This document shows positions 12,547-25,584 of a stretch of 64,000 bases of DNA, in pieces. Position 1 is the stretch's first letter, and each line of letters begins with the position of its first letter. Below the pieces are notes generated by a model. It was given only the letters and a program-made list of their open reading frames with translations, searched no databases and was not told where the DNA came from. The stretch is from positions 130,820,001 through 130,884,000 of the forward strand of contig NC_042998.1 in the NCBI RefSeq assembly GCF_006345805.1, read 5' to 3'. Origin of the DNA: Octopus sinensis. Lineage: Eukaryota. Position numbers and translations under genes: made by a program.

Positions 12547-15514
12547 GATAGAGAAAGAGAGAGAGAGGTTGAAATAGTGAGATACACAATTATGTACCGT
12601 CGAGTATTACTCATGCCGACATGTTTTTTTTTCCTTTTTTTGCCACACATGTTATATATTTAAAATACATTAATCTCTTACGTTTTGAAAAGTAAATAAA
12701 TAAATTGAAAATGGACATTAGAGTTACTAAAATGAAATACTTTAAACAAGAAAATAAAAAAAATATTAGTAATACAAATTGAAAGCATAGAGAAAAATAT
12801 TATTTTTTTCCTCCTTTATTCATTAACTCAAGCGACTTTACCACAGTTGTTTTCAATAAGAATTATTTTATAGAGTAAAAGTGTTGGCTTATATATTTTA
12901 TTGTTGCCCTGGGCGATATTATAGTTTTATCATCACTACATATAGCTATAACAGCGTTAGAGAGTGTTACTATTGTGCAATATTTGTTTCGTTTGCTTAT
13001 TCATTTGATTGCAATGTTAACATTTTTGCCTCTCTTTTTTTTGTCATAAAAAAATGTCTTTGCGGCAGAGACTGCGTATTTCTTCAATGCAAGCAAATAA
13101 AAGAACAATGTGCAAAGTCAAAGACTAAACTGAATGTGAAAATCCAACGATGTTATATTTTGGCTGGGCGTAGTGGGTATGTTACTTGCTATGTAAGATT
13201 GCGATCCAAATTCAATTTTAGGTTTTGTTATTTTGCCTAGTACGTTATCGCTGTTGATCAAATATGCAGAAATCAAATCTCGATTCTGCAAATGAATAGA
13301 ACTGATACACCAAAAATACGTTCTTCATTATGGTCGTTCGATATACAAGAAAGAGCAGCAAACTCAAATCTTACATCGACATAGACTGAAAGAGAGAGAG
13401 AGAGAGAAATATGCTTTGTATAAAACGGTTCTACATAGCTTTTGCTTCAAAAGAAATGATTAGATAATCGCAACTGAATCGTCTTTGATCATAAATTCGT
13501 TCAGAGCTGAACTTGCGTTAAAGAACATTAGCAACAACGATAGCGATGACGACTAACAAGCTTTAATTACAGATTTTGCCTGTACGATCCTCGTGAGAAC
13601 ATATACTACTTAATTCAAGTATATACTTACACACAAATAATACGTACGTATATATATATATATAATTAATAATATCAGGGTAATAAAGATTTTTGAAATT
13701 TGTACTACCAGTGGCCTAGAGTATAGAAAAATTAGTTAATAGACTATATATTATTCATATAAAATACAGTGTACATTTAAACACATCAAAAGTTTTCCGT
13801 CATTGGAAACCTTTACGCTAGAAAGGAAAGCTAAAGTTCAACCCACTAATTAGGGATAAATTCTCGAAGGGAATGAAAATTATAAACATTTGCCATCTAT
13901 TTCTTGGACCATGGTTTCTGATTTATTTTAGTAAACAAATTATTTTACAACAAAGTACCTTTGTCATGAACATAAGCGGCATCTTTACTTTGCTGAACTC
14001 GGTGAAGCTCCGAGAAAGTTTTCGAAGTGCCATTTTTTACTACAAGTTACAAAGGATAGAAGAATTTGTGAGTCACCCTCATCCTACTCAGATGCCGTTT
14101 TCCGAGTTATGTGTAGATGAATAACCTATTTATTCATTTCTATTTGTAATCGTATGTATATATTCATTGCAGATTGCATCGATAACCATCTAGAGGAGGC
14201 ATCTTCATGGGATTAAAAATAGTAGTAAGATCAGTTATTACGGAATAGCCATGTTGAAGTGGCGATAAACATTATATTTAAGACATGCCTACTATTGAAA
14301 GGCTTGATGATGAGGTTTTGCTTCAGATGAAATGTTTTATGGACATATACTACAAAGACGATTTATATTGAAACGAAGAAAACAACGTTATTGCAGTTTC
14401 AGAAACATCAACCTCATTGTACATCTGCCATTAGGCCTTGTCAATGAAGGTTACACTGCCGTATCATTCCTACGGAAAATTTGTACCTTCCGATATATGG
14501 AGCACAGAATACAACACTAGAGTATCATGCTTTTCCATGGTGTATACAAGTTAGGTATTTTTGCTTGTGGATCCTATTTTAATGTTGATTAAATTGCATA
14601 CAACTAGTTTTATTCTGTTCAGTGAATATATGATTCATTTCTAGTTATATATCGAAATGGAACAATTTGGGGTTGTCATGAGAAAACTGAGTGCATGCAA
14701 GGCATAAGAAGGCTGAGATGCGTCTGACTTTCTCATGAGTCACTGGTGAGACGATTGTCAACTCTTTTCTATCTATATTTTATTTTAACACATATCTGTA
14801 AAATGTTGTTCTTTCAGTACTATACCTTTCAACAGTGTATATACGTTAAGTGTGATATAATAATGGCGCTATGTATCTGTGAGTGTGTGTGTCTCAATGT
14901 TGCATATTTCTTGTGGCTCCATTCCCAAATTCGTTCTTGCATTATGATGTGTATACATTCAAACTTCCCAAATCCATTTTGTAACATGTTTTGATAAAGT
15001 AACTCTCATCGTGAAAAACTTTTATTAGTAATGCTGTTATTTTGACCCGTTGTAGGCGTAGCATAATTCATTCGAAGGCTTTCTGTCTCGTGGCACTGGG
15101 AAGGCAGAACAAATTTCGACGAACATCAACGAAAGTATCAACATCTGATTCAGAAGATCCTACCTCCAATTGAAGACTCGCAAATACCGAAGGATATCAT
15201 CGCATTCTTGCAGAATCATCCTTTTATCACTACTGCATCTACTTAAGAATGAAGAGAAGCTAAAGGAGGTGAGTGAAGCGAAGCAGACCGTCGCGAAATA
15301 AACTAAAGGATAAAAGAACCAGAAGTTCGACGAGAGAAGATAAAAGGTGAGCAAATACAAGAAGGAAACTGCATTCAATGGAACTTCAAGTTTACGAGTG
15401 AGCAAAATGAAAACAGACTGTATAAAAAGAAAGAGTGAGGGCAAATATACAGTCAACTTCCCTACCACAACCTTGTGTCATAATTTGAAATATATAATTT
15501 GAAATCTATATTCG

Positions 15515-15640
15515 TTTCAACTGAGTTCAAATTCTGCAAAGTAAGTACCAATTGAACACTGGGCTCGATATAATCAACTTACCCTTCCTTACATTTGCTG
15601 GCATTGTGCCAAAATTTGAAACCAAAATAAATGGTTTCAA
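15515..15640 (+). mobile_element. SINE family B fragment
   Basis: ctgagttcaaattc B box plus the aagtacc...cactggg.tcgat body shared with 30529-30757. Confidence 0.55.
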
Positions 15641-16739
15641 TCATTAAATCATTTATAATCGTCATCAATGCAATGGATTTTCAGAATCGTTAGAGTATCA
15701 GATTAACTAAATCGCGGTATTTGTTCCAGATCTTTTGAATTTTGAGCTTAATCACGCCGTGACTGACTTTGACTTTCATCCTCAAAAAAAAAAAAAAAAA
15801 AAAAAAGCAAATACAAGTTTGGGGTGGTATACTGGTCGTAGTGCTGAAGCATTTGACAGTATGTCTTAAGATATTCTTTCAGGTTCTTTGCGTTCTTAGT
15901 CTACCTGTTACAGCACTGATAACAATCTCGTTCGAACTGCTAGAAATAACAAGTCATAATCCCTCCTTCTAAGCCTTCTTATAAAGATTAAGACATCTTG
16001 AATGAATTACAGTTGAATCAGAACTAAATGACAAGAACAAGAATAATCATTGTGATCTATTTCATTTCTTACGGTTTACACAGTAATTATTCTCTATTCC
16101 CACATCATCATTATAACTACCACCCCGCCACCATCATCATCGTTATCATCACCATCAAACCACCGCCGGCATTATACCCGTCGCCACCGCACCCCACCCA
16201 CACTACTACTACTATCTCTTCTAACTGCTTATTTTCCGTATACTGTCGCGATTCAAAGACGTTGTGGCAATCAATGCTAGTCAAATCTCCAAACAATGCT
16301 CACTTCTCTAAAAGACAATGAATAACGAAAAAAACAACTAACTTGGAAAGAGTACCAAAAAAATCGGTCGATAATTAGCTCACTAATGACTTTCACTTCT
16401 AAGAATGCCCATTACTATTCTGCATATCAATTGACGCCAGATGCGCTCGTGGCAAAAACTAAATAAATTTTTAGTAGTATTAGTGTGAGCGTTGATAGAA
16501 TTTTTGGAGTACCAGACAATATTTTCGGTTGAAAGATTATGTCTTTATTAGTTTTAACTGAATTCCTACAGAAGACAACTTTGTCTTTTTTTTTCTGGCT
16601 ACATAAAATAAATGCGAGTCTTAATGGAGTATACCCTACACGCAAACTTTCATTGAAAATATGTGGTTTCGTTCCTTATTTCAGAAATAATTCTCTAACA
16701 GTGAGATCACAATTCATAGGAAAATACTATAAGATATAG

Positions 16740-16885
16740 ATCAAGTACGGGCAAACTTTTCGAGGAGGGAACCGCATGACATACGGCTCGTCACCAGGTG
16801 GGCCACACTACTAGAATATTCAAGGTAAATTTTCGTCAGACATGTCATTCTGACGGTCCGGCGGGCGCACTATTCCCATGGCTGC
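16740..16885. mobile_element. Possible decayed hAT/Charlie-like MITE
   Basis: The ends caagtacgggcaaactttt and ggtccggcgggcgcactattcccatggctg loosely resemble hAT termini. Very degenerate. Confidence 0.3.
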
Positions 16886-19864
16886 TTTAGTCCCTTACCT
16901 TACGTGTCTGTCTAAAATCTGCTGATGAGAAACAAACTTGTTTAGTTCGAGGTCAGCCATAATCGAGCAGCCGTATGATTGAAGGCGTTCAAACCATAAT
17001 CATTCAATTATGTAGATTCATACGCACAAACAAGTATATGGTTAGACAGATTATATAGTACCACGCTATCCTTTCTACCTTCCTCTAAGACAGTAAGATT
17101 TATTTAATGTGATATATTTGCTATTTCTAGTGTATCAAGTGATTGCGTAGAGGCTCCCGCGATGCCTTGCCTGTCTCGGTGTCTCGTATTTCACGCATAT
17201 ATAATTGGTACCAGCCAAGACCTAATGTCAGTTTAATTGACACACCCCTTAAACAATTATGTGGTCTTTTTACTGTTAAAAGCCACTAATGGTATTAGTT
17301 TATTTTCTCTCATATTTTACTTGGGAAACTCCACATGGAAGACATGTAGTTAAGTGCAAGCTGACATACTAAAATAGGTGAGTTTCGGATATCTTTTTTT
17401 CAGCTTAAATTGTAACTCTATGAAGAAGCATATCATTAGCGTTCATGAAAAGTGATCTTAAATGCGAAAATGTAGAAAACTCACCAAATTTAATTAACCA
17501 AAAATTAAATGGGAGTATATAGGTGAGAATTAAGGAGTTTGATATTTCGCGTCTATACCGAACAATTCATGAGGTTACCTCTGCAGTACTTGTACTCGGA
17601 ACGTAAAGAACCGGAACGAATATCGCAGAGCCTTATGTCTATCATTAGCTATTCTATCAGATCCCCACCTTGTATTGACATGAGAAATAAAAACTACAAC
17701 CTTTGCATACACAGTAAATGGAAAAAGGTGCATGAACTTATCAGATCTATAAACTGACAAATACACACAGGTACGCCCCCACACAGAGACGCACACACAA
17801 ACACAGACACACACACAGTTACAAATACTGTGACACGATCAAACACACAATTGATATTATTATAGGAACAACAACACTAACTACGAAACAATTACACCAT
17901 CGAATAATGATATAAATAATAAAAGAAACAACAGTACAACAACAACAAAAAAAAGAAACAAGAACAACCTGGTTTATCCTCTCCGCTGCGACTGAGATAA
18001 ATTCCCACTTCCTAATCCAAATTTAGTACCGCACCAAAAGAAAAGGTGAAAGTCCGGTTCTTTGCAAAATATATGAACCGAATTGTTTACGAAGAAACAT
18101 TTGGAAATTTACCAAAAACCATAAGAACCGAAAGCCTTTTGGCTTGTTTGTTTGTTTGTTTGTGCTGGTGTTTTTGTTGTTGCTATTTTATGTAGTATTA
18201 TCGCTAGTGTTGTTATTGTTGTTAAGTTTTATTATCATTTTTATTGCGGTTTATTTTTTAAAGTTTTTGTTTCGGTTGGTAATGTGAAAGTTATTTATGG
18301 TTAAACTCGCAGACATTTTGGTGGCGAGGGATGCTATCAAATTTCTACTTATATTTTAATTTGTATGTTTTTATTGTTCTCCATTTTAGTTGTTGTTGTT
18401 GTAATTGTTGTGGTTGTTGCTGCTGTTATCGTTTTAGCTGCTGTTTAAAATATAATCTTTTTGTTCTTTTACTTCGATATGTTTGTTGTTGATATACGCA
18501 ATGCATGATTTTATTTTATTTTATATATAATTTCTTCTGAATGTTTGTGTATGTATGTTTGGCTACCTTCAAGTGTGTGTACACCAGACAAAGAGAGAGA
18601 AAGAGAAAGCGGTAGTGCTGATGACAGGATTGTTGGTATGCTTCAAATATAATAATTTCTGTGTTAGCCATAAGGAAAAAAAAAACACTTTGTATTACCT
18701 TATGAATTTACTTCAGAGTAATTGTAGTGAAAAGATCATCTCTGACGGGATATCAGCTCAGAACAAAGAGAAAGCTGAAATATTTTATAGTTCTGATTGA
18801 TCGAGTTTAGCCGAGTTTTAAACAACAAGAAAAACTATAAAGTTTATCACTGTTTTACAATCTTATGCACGTTAAATACTTGATAATATACCGTTCTAAT
18901 ATGAACCTATTTATAGTTACTTTTGCTTAATATACTTTTCTTTTTAATCAGTAGCTGGCCAGAAGGAAATCATTGCCATGGTCGACGCTGTTTCCCGAAG
19001 TCTGGTGAGATCCATAATATCAACTTTTTCAATTTTGACAACTGCAAAAAAGAAAACAAAATTGTGTGAGTACATCACGCATTTAGTGTAAGGTTAAGGC
19101 GTTGAGCGCTATGTAGGTGGAAAGAGACAGTGGCAGGAGTCAGAATTGCCTGAATCAAAGTCAAACGATAACCGTCAACTATGAGAACAAAGGACTCCAG
19201 CAACACCGGTATTTTAGACATTCCGAGAGAAAGAAGGGGACAGAGAGATACAGAAAGAGAGGTTCAGTGAGTACCCATGTGGGGAAGACGTTGAAGTGTC
19301 TTGTAGGTTGAATCTATACTAAGCTTTTGAGTCGTTCTAGAAGTGAGATGCCCATTGTGGTCATCATCTGAACGTTATACAGCTTAATGGCTGATGAGAT
19401 TTGAACTATTTTCTAAAATTAAAACGAAAGGTCTGATTTTGTGATACTATGCAGAGCATCATGGGAAGTGATCCATTGATTACATTATCAGGTATTTGAA
19501 GCGATATGAAGGTTCTAGTTGCGTGTTTAGGAGGAAGGACTGGGTGCAATAATGATTGCTTCTTAAATGTGATGAACGTATCTTTTTGTTGCTGAGACTC
19601 TATCATGAAATCAGTGCAAATTTCGAGTGAGGTATCTGGACTGCATATGAGTGTTCCTTCATTACAGAAGGTCAGTATCATTTAGGTAGACGTCAGCGCA
19701 AGCATAACATCGCTTTCTAGGAGGGAGAGTGCGAGGGATAAAATTAAACCGTGTGAAATTCGTGATTAGACTGAGTGTGAGTCAGAAACCAGTTGAGGTG
19801 ACAAGGTGATTAGACACAGAAAGAATTTGTTTAAGAGAACTGTTCCCCATATGATAATGTCTTT

Positions 19865-20070
19865 TAAAATTTTGTCATAAGGCCACTAAGTTCGAAAAAG
19901 GGGGAAAATCGATCACATCAACATTGGAGTTCAAATGGTATTTATTTCATGGACCCTGAAAAATGAAAGGCAATGTGGGCATCGGCGGAATTTGAACGCA
20001 GAACTTAAAGACCGACGAAATGCTGCTAAGCTTTTTGCTCGGCCTGCTAACAAATTCTATGAACTCACCA
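19865..20070 (-). mobile_element. SINE family B (diverged)
   Basis: Reverse complement aligns to 30529-30757; ggcggaatttgaac is the B box. Confidence 0.7.
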
Positions 20071-21389
20071 CCTTCGTCCCACATATCATAATAAAATGAA
20101 AAACAAAAATTCATAAAAATTAAGAAATATATAAATATGCGAAGTTATGAAGAGCGCAATGATTGGATTGGTGTAAAAATGAGAACATTGTAAGCAGAGA
20201 TACTACTGGGTGTTGACTTTTTCTGATTTATGAAATTAGTCATGAGATGCGATGATTCCTGAGTAATATGTGTAAAATATATTATTAGCCTTAAGCTAAC
20301 AGCGAAAAACTAGACCATCCGATGCCACCACAACACACAATTGATTCAGTACAACAGATTGAGCTACTGGCAGAGGCTAAAAGAAGTGAGTCGGTACTCC
20401 GGAGAGTGAAGGTTTTCAAAGAACATTACAACAAATATTTATCTGAGTTAGATTAACTGACAGATAAAACATATAAAAGAGTAGTTCTGTCTAAATCGCT
20501 ATTTCACCAGAACCCATTCCGAAGAGAAAGCTGGAAAGTGAGTATGAAACGAACAAACAATCACACAAAAGGAGTTCCTTGGCAAGGTCTCAGCCTTTTG
20601 GTGATAGCAGCACAAAGAAAATCAAAAGTAAAAAGTACGACATGACTTTTGGACAGCTTTCCTAATGAAATTCGAAATTATAAAGATAAATCAGATTTTT
20701 TTCAGTCGTGCAAAGATGCGCGACCGAGAAACCTGCGAAAAAGATTCATTAAAATTCACCTTCCAATAGAATGGTATAAAAAGAAAAAAAATCGAGTATT
20801 CAACATAAACAGAAAGAAATGAAGATATACAGACATGGAAATATGCATATATTTCCTTATTATATTTACTTACATTTACTGACGTGCGAAAATTATCTCA
20901 CACGATGAGAATATTTGTTAAGTGGGTAAATTTGAAATATAAAACGATTTTCAACATCAATTTGATATTTAAGCGAATGCTTTCGAAAGGTGGAAATGAC
21001 GAAGACGAAAATCTATAGAAATTCGACTTTCATGTGTAAGAAAAATATCCTTCAGAAATATATATCCTTCAGAAATTCGTCCAGAAATTGAAAAGGCAGA
21101 ACAAGCAATTTTGCACTAAAATGTCAGTGATAAATGGATAGAAATCTTAGCTTAGCAGAAATTAAACTACAACAATTTTATTTAGAAATATAAATGAATT
21201 CAATAAAATATTCATAGCTTCTTTTCTTTTGATTTACTGTCGTTCTTTTTGCTTCTCAAGGTTGTTCGTAATGTTATTGTTGTTTTTGTATTTTTTATTG
21301 AGCTTATTTCAAGTTTTAGTGAAACTTTATTTCAAATAAACAATTATATAAGTAGTTCTTTGATGTCGTTATCGTTATTTCAAACTAAT

Positions 21390-21444
<55 letters not shown>

Positions 21445-21545
21445 CCACCACCACCACCACCGCCACAACTCCACCACCGCTACCACCACCTCCGTCATCA
21501 TCATAATCATCACCATCATCACCATCCTCATCATTTCGTTAGGAG

Positions 21546-21589
<44 letters not shown>

Positions 21590-21597
21590 TACCATTA

Positions 21598-21676
<79 letters not shown>

Positions 21677-21718
21677 TATTATTATTACCACCACCATCTT
21701 CATCATCATTATTATTAT

Positions 21719-22255
21719 GTACGAGAGCAGTGCATGCCATTACAATGACACTGGGGTAAAATATAGGAAGGCCAATATACCCATCATCACTACCCGTCTG
21801 ATGAAGGTACACTAGGAACATGCATTACTTCATGTGCGTGACATTGTGATCCCATGTAAAGATAAACCATGCTTGACCTTGCAGGTGGGGCCCAGTTAGA
21901 AGTTTCTTTAGATTTAGTTGTCCATCCCAATCAAAAGGTCCCTGAATAAGAGTTATTTGAGAATGTTGAACGAAACACCCATATTTCAAGAGATAACTCA
22001 TTCAAACCCCAAAGAATACCTCTCAACACGTAGCTATGATGCTCCCCCGCTTCTTCTGCTCATGACCAGAGATGCACATATCGTCAGCCACTAAGGGACA
22101 TGCTCAACTGGCTATTGTCAAACAACTGACAAGCAAATATGTGGTATTGAGAAGAATATTTGCTGTAGCCCATCTTTTATACCAAGACGAAATATGTACA
22201 CGATAACACTTCTAATCACTTTAAATCAGATGTCATGAGAGCCCGATATTGGTAT
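21719..22255 (-). mobile_element. Non-coding element X (about 540 bp), flanked by (TAA)n-type tracts
   Basis: Second copy at 54031-54425 has the same two ends. No ORF seen. Confidence 0.75.
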
Positions 22256-22489
22256 TACTATCATCATTATCATCTTTCAATTTTGTTTCCATTTCTTGCC
22301 GAGTGTCTTCCTGACATCTAGGGCAGATAAACCCATAGTATACATTGGTAGGCCATTAAAATAAACACACCAGATTCTTCCTTTAGAAAGACATGTGATA
22401 GAAAAAAGGGGTCAAAGACAGAGAGAAAAAGGGGGAAAATGAAAGGAGTAATCAAAGAAAGTAAAGGGGAAACAATAAACGGAAGCTCA

Positions 22490-22800
22490 CAGCGACAATG
22501 CTGTTCTAAGTACGTGTGACGTACCAGTTAAGATAATATTTTGCACTTCCTGCATAGATGGTAAGGCAGGGATCATCCTCAAATAATTATTTTCAGTTCC
22601 TTTTTCGATCATTCCAAGTGATCTTTCAGTCATTGGTATTGCAACTATCTTGAGATGCCACATGTTTTAAATTTCGATCAGTATATCTTTATATTTTCTG
22701 AGATTATCAAATTCATTTGCCGAGATATTATTGGGTAGTGCTTCTTACTGCAAGACAGCAGTTTACGTATTTCTTGTCAAATGTCCTTATATTGCTGATA
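22490..22800 (-). mobile_element. R4/Dong-clade endonuclease C-terminal fragment (another family)
   Basis: KYKDILIEI*NMWHLK...SLGMIEKG...EVQNIILTGTSHVLRTALS. Confidence 0.7.
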
Positions 22801-22885
22801 TTCCAGTTCAACGCATTGAAACTATAACAACTGAAAATGCTAAGGATTTTATGGCTAACACCTTTTTTACGGGCATTTAACTGAG

Positions 22886-22985
<100 letters not shown>

Positions 22986-22989
22986 CATA

Positions 22990-24335
22990 ATATCTTTGCC
23001 TTTTGCTTTGTATTTGTACAAGTTGGCTTCAAGTCACACCCAAAGACCTCGAGAATCAAGTTAGAAGTTCAAGTTTGTGTTATATCTAGGGTGGCATATA
23101 TTTGGTTTTGCACATAGTATCGTTCTATAGGAAGTGTAAGAAAACATAAGAAAATCATAAGTTTGTTTTGAAATTTGAGATTCCATAGACAGTATTGTTC
23201 ATAGGATATGGGCAGTTCCCAAGAGCACTATGATTTGAATTTCTGCCATTTTGGGGTTTCCTGGTTTTTGAGCTAGGTAGCAATCAGCAACTTTAGTTAT
23301 CGTTCCTAGGGCATCTATGACAAAAGGTATCGTTTTCATCTAGAGGTTCCACATATTGCCAATTTCTATTTCAAGATCTTTATATTTGCTCAGTTTTTGG
23401 TAAGGTCTTGACAGATACATTTATGCCGATTGTGACAAGCATATCAATGGGGAGGCATGGTTTTTGTCCGAAGTCTTTCCATATATAGTCTGGCCTATGG
23501 GCATCTGTCTTTCTGTCAGTTTGAATGGGGAAGTTCCAGAGGAGTTAGATGCAATGATTTTCAAGCACTGGATGTGGTTTGTGTTTCCACCAGTTTTTAT
23601 CATCGGGCAGGTCCAGGTTTTTGCAAATTACCCAGTGAATGTATTGTGCTACTCTATCATGCCAGTTGAGATACTCTGTAGGCACAAGAAGACTACACAT
23701 GCATACAACACGATCAATGGTTTCATTTTGTTTTGTATATAGACGATATGTTGAGTTACTGCCATTCTTTAATATATTGACCTGGTAGTTTCTTGTAGGT
23801 AGGCATTGATCTTGGGCTGCTATGATAAACCCTTATATACCTGATTTTAAGCCAGAAGACAATAACCATTGATTGGTAAGGGCTTTGTCAATATCGGCAC
23901 TATTAGCTGTCTTTGGGTATTTTGCCATTCAGAGGTTTTATAAGTAAAAATATCTGAGGTATCAGTTTCTAGTACGTCTAATTCTGAAATTTGTTGTATT
24001 TGGAATTCACTTCGATATTCCTTTGCCTGTTTTGTTACTGAGTATGTTGTTTTCTTATTTTCGTGCTTTAAGACAAGTTTTAACATCCAGTCATTAGAGT
24101 TATTCAGGTAGGTGACTAGGCGAATTGCGGTGATACTCATTGTTAATTCTAATTGTAAAAGACCACATCCACCCTTTGTTTTTATTGGCAGTTAATGTCG
24201 TTCCTTATCTGTCTTAGGGTGATGCATTGTATGCATTGACAACAAATTTCGTATTTTTCTGTCAAAATTACATATTTCAGTTATTTACCATTTAATGATA
24301 TTGAAGCTGTAAGTCACAACCGGTATTGATCGGTT
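22990..24335 (-). mobile_element. 5'-truncated R4/Dong-clade retrotransposon between (TTA)n tracts at 22886-22985 and 24345-24407
   Basis: [11 protein letters not shown]..., MHHPK, AHRPD...IDM nuclease motif, KYKDLEIEIGNMWNL, LLGTAHIL. Stops and an internal deletion are present. Confidence 0.85.
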
Positions 24336-24343
24336 CGATCCTG

Positions 24344-24408
<65 letters not shown>

Positions 24409-24421
24409 TATATATATATAC

Positions 24422-24570
<149 letters not shown>

Positions 24571-25319
24571 TAATCTACATTGGATGTTACAAGCGGAATT
24601 GAATGCTTAACTACGAATGATATTTAGGGTGGACGTTATTGCATTATTTTACAGAGAACTAAAACATCCACTTGCATTCGAAACTTGCGTCATATGCAAA
24701 CCTCGAAACAGCAAATTGAAACATACATATGAGCAAATGATAATAAAATTGTGTTTATAGTAATTTCCGGGACATACCAGTAAATGGTTCTTACACCATT
24801 TTACATATAGTCGTAGACAGCGATTTACCTTGCATTATTTACCTTGATTCGTTCGGACACGGGATGTTGAAAAACCTACCCACGAACTAGCAAAACACAT
24901 ATGTGTATGTGTTCGATATTGCATGTGTGTGTGTGTATGTGTGTGTACATACGTACATATGTGTGTGTACTTTTGCGTGTGTGCATGCATATGTGTCTAC
25001 GTATGTATATATGTATGCGCACGATTGTGTTCAACTGTTTACAATGTTTAAGTATAAGAAGCGTGACATAGCCTTGTGAAATATGGAACACGATATGTTT
25101 GAACAGAATTTACGCTCATTAAGATCACCTAAATCCCTGATTATCTTAAGTCTATTGAATACCAGGTGATGAGTTAACTCTGTGAGCAACTAGAGTCTTT
25201 TCAGGGGTTAGTATTTTTCCCACCCTCTGTTAAGAAACATGGAAACTTGATTAAGCTCTGCTGACTGCTGGAGCTGTACGCTCAAGATGGATACGACCTT
25301 TGTCATATATGTATATATG

Positions 25320-25406
<87 letters not shown>

Positions 25407-25551
25407 GTATATATATATATATATATATACACGCATATATACATACATACATACATATATACATACATATATACATGCATACATACATACATACATACCT
25501 ACATACATACATACATACATACATACATACCTACATACATACATACATACA

Positions 25552-25584
<33 letters not shown>

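Noticed and set aside
14280-15480. Coding-like GC-richer patches (RLDDEVLLQMK..., QKILPPIEDSQIPKDII...)
   Set aside because: They contain stops, lack a convincing start or splice frame, and match no family I recognise.
21545-21715. (TAA)n followed by (TTA)n, able to form a hairpin
   Set aside because: Low complexity; expected where oppositely oriented TAA tails meet.
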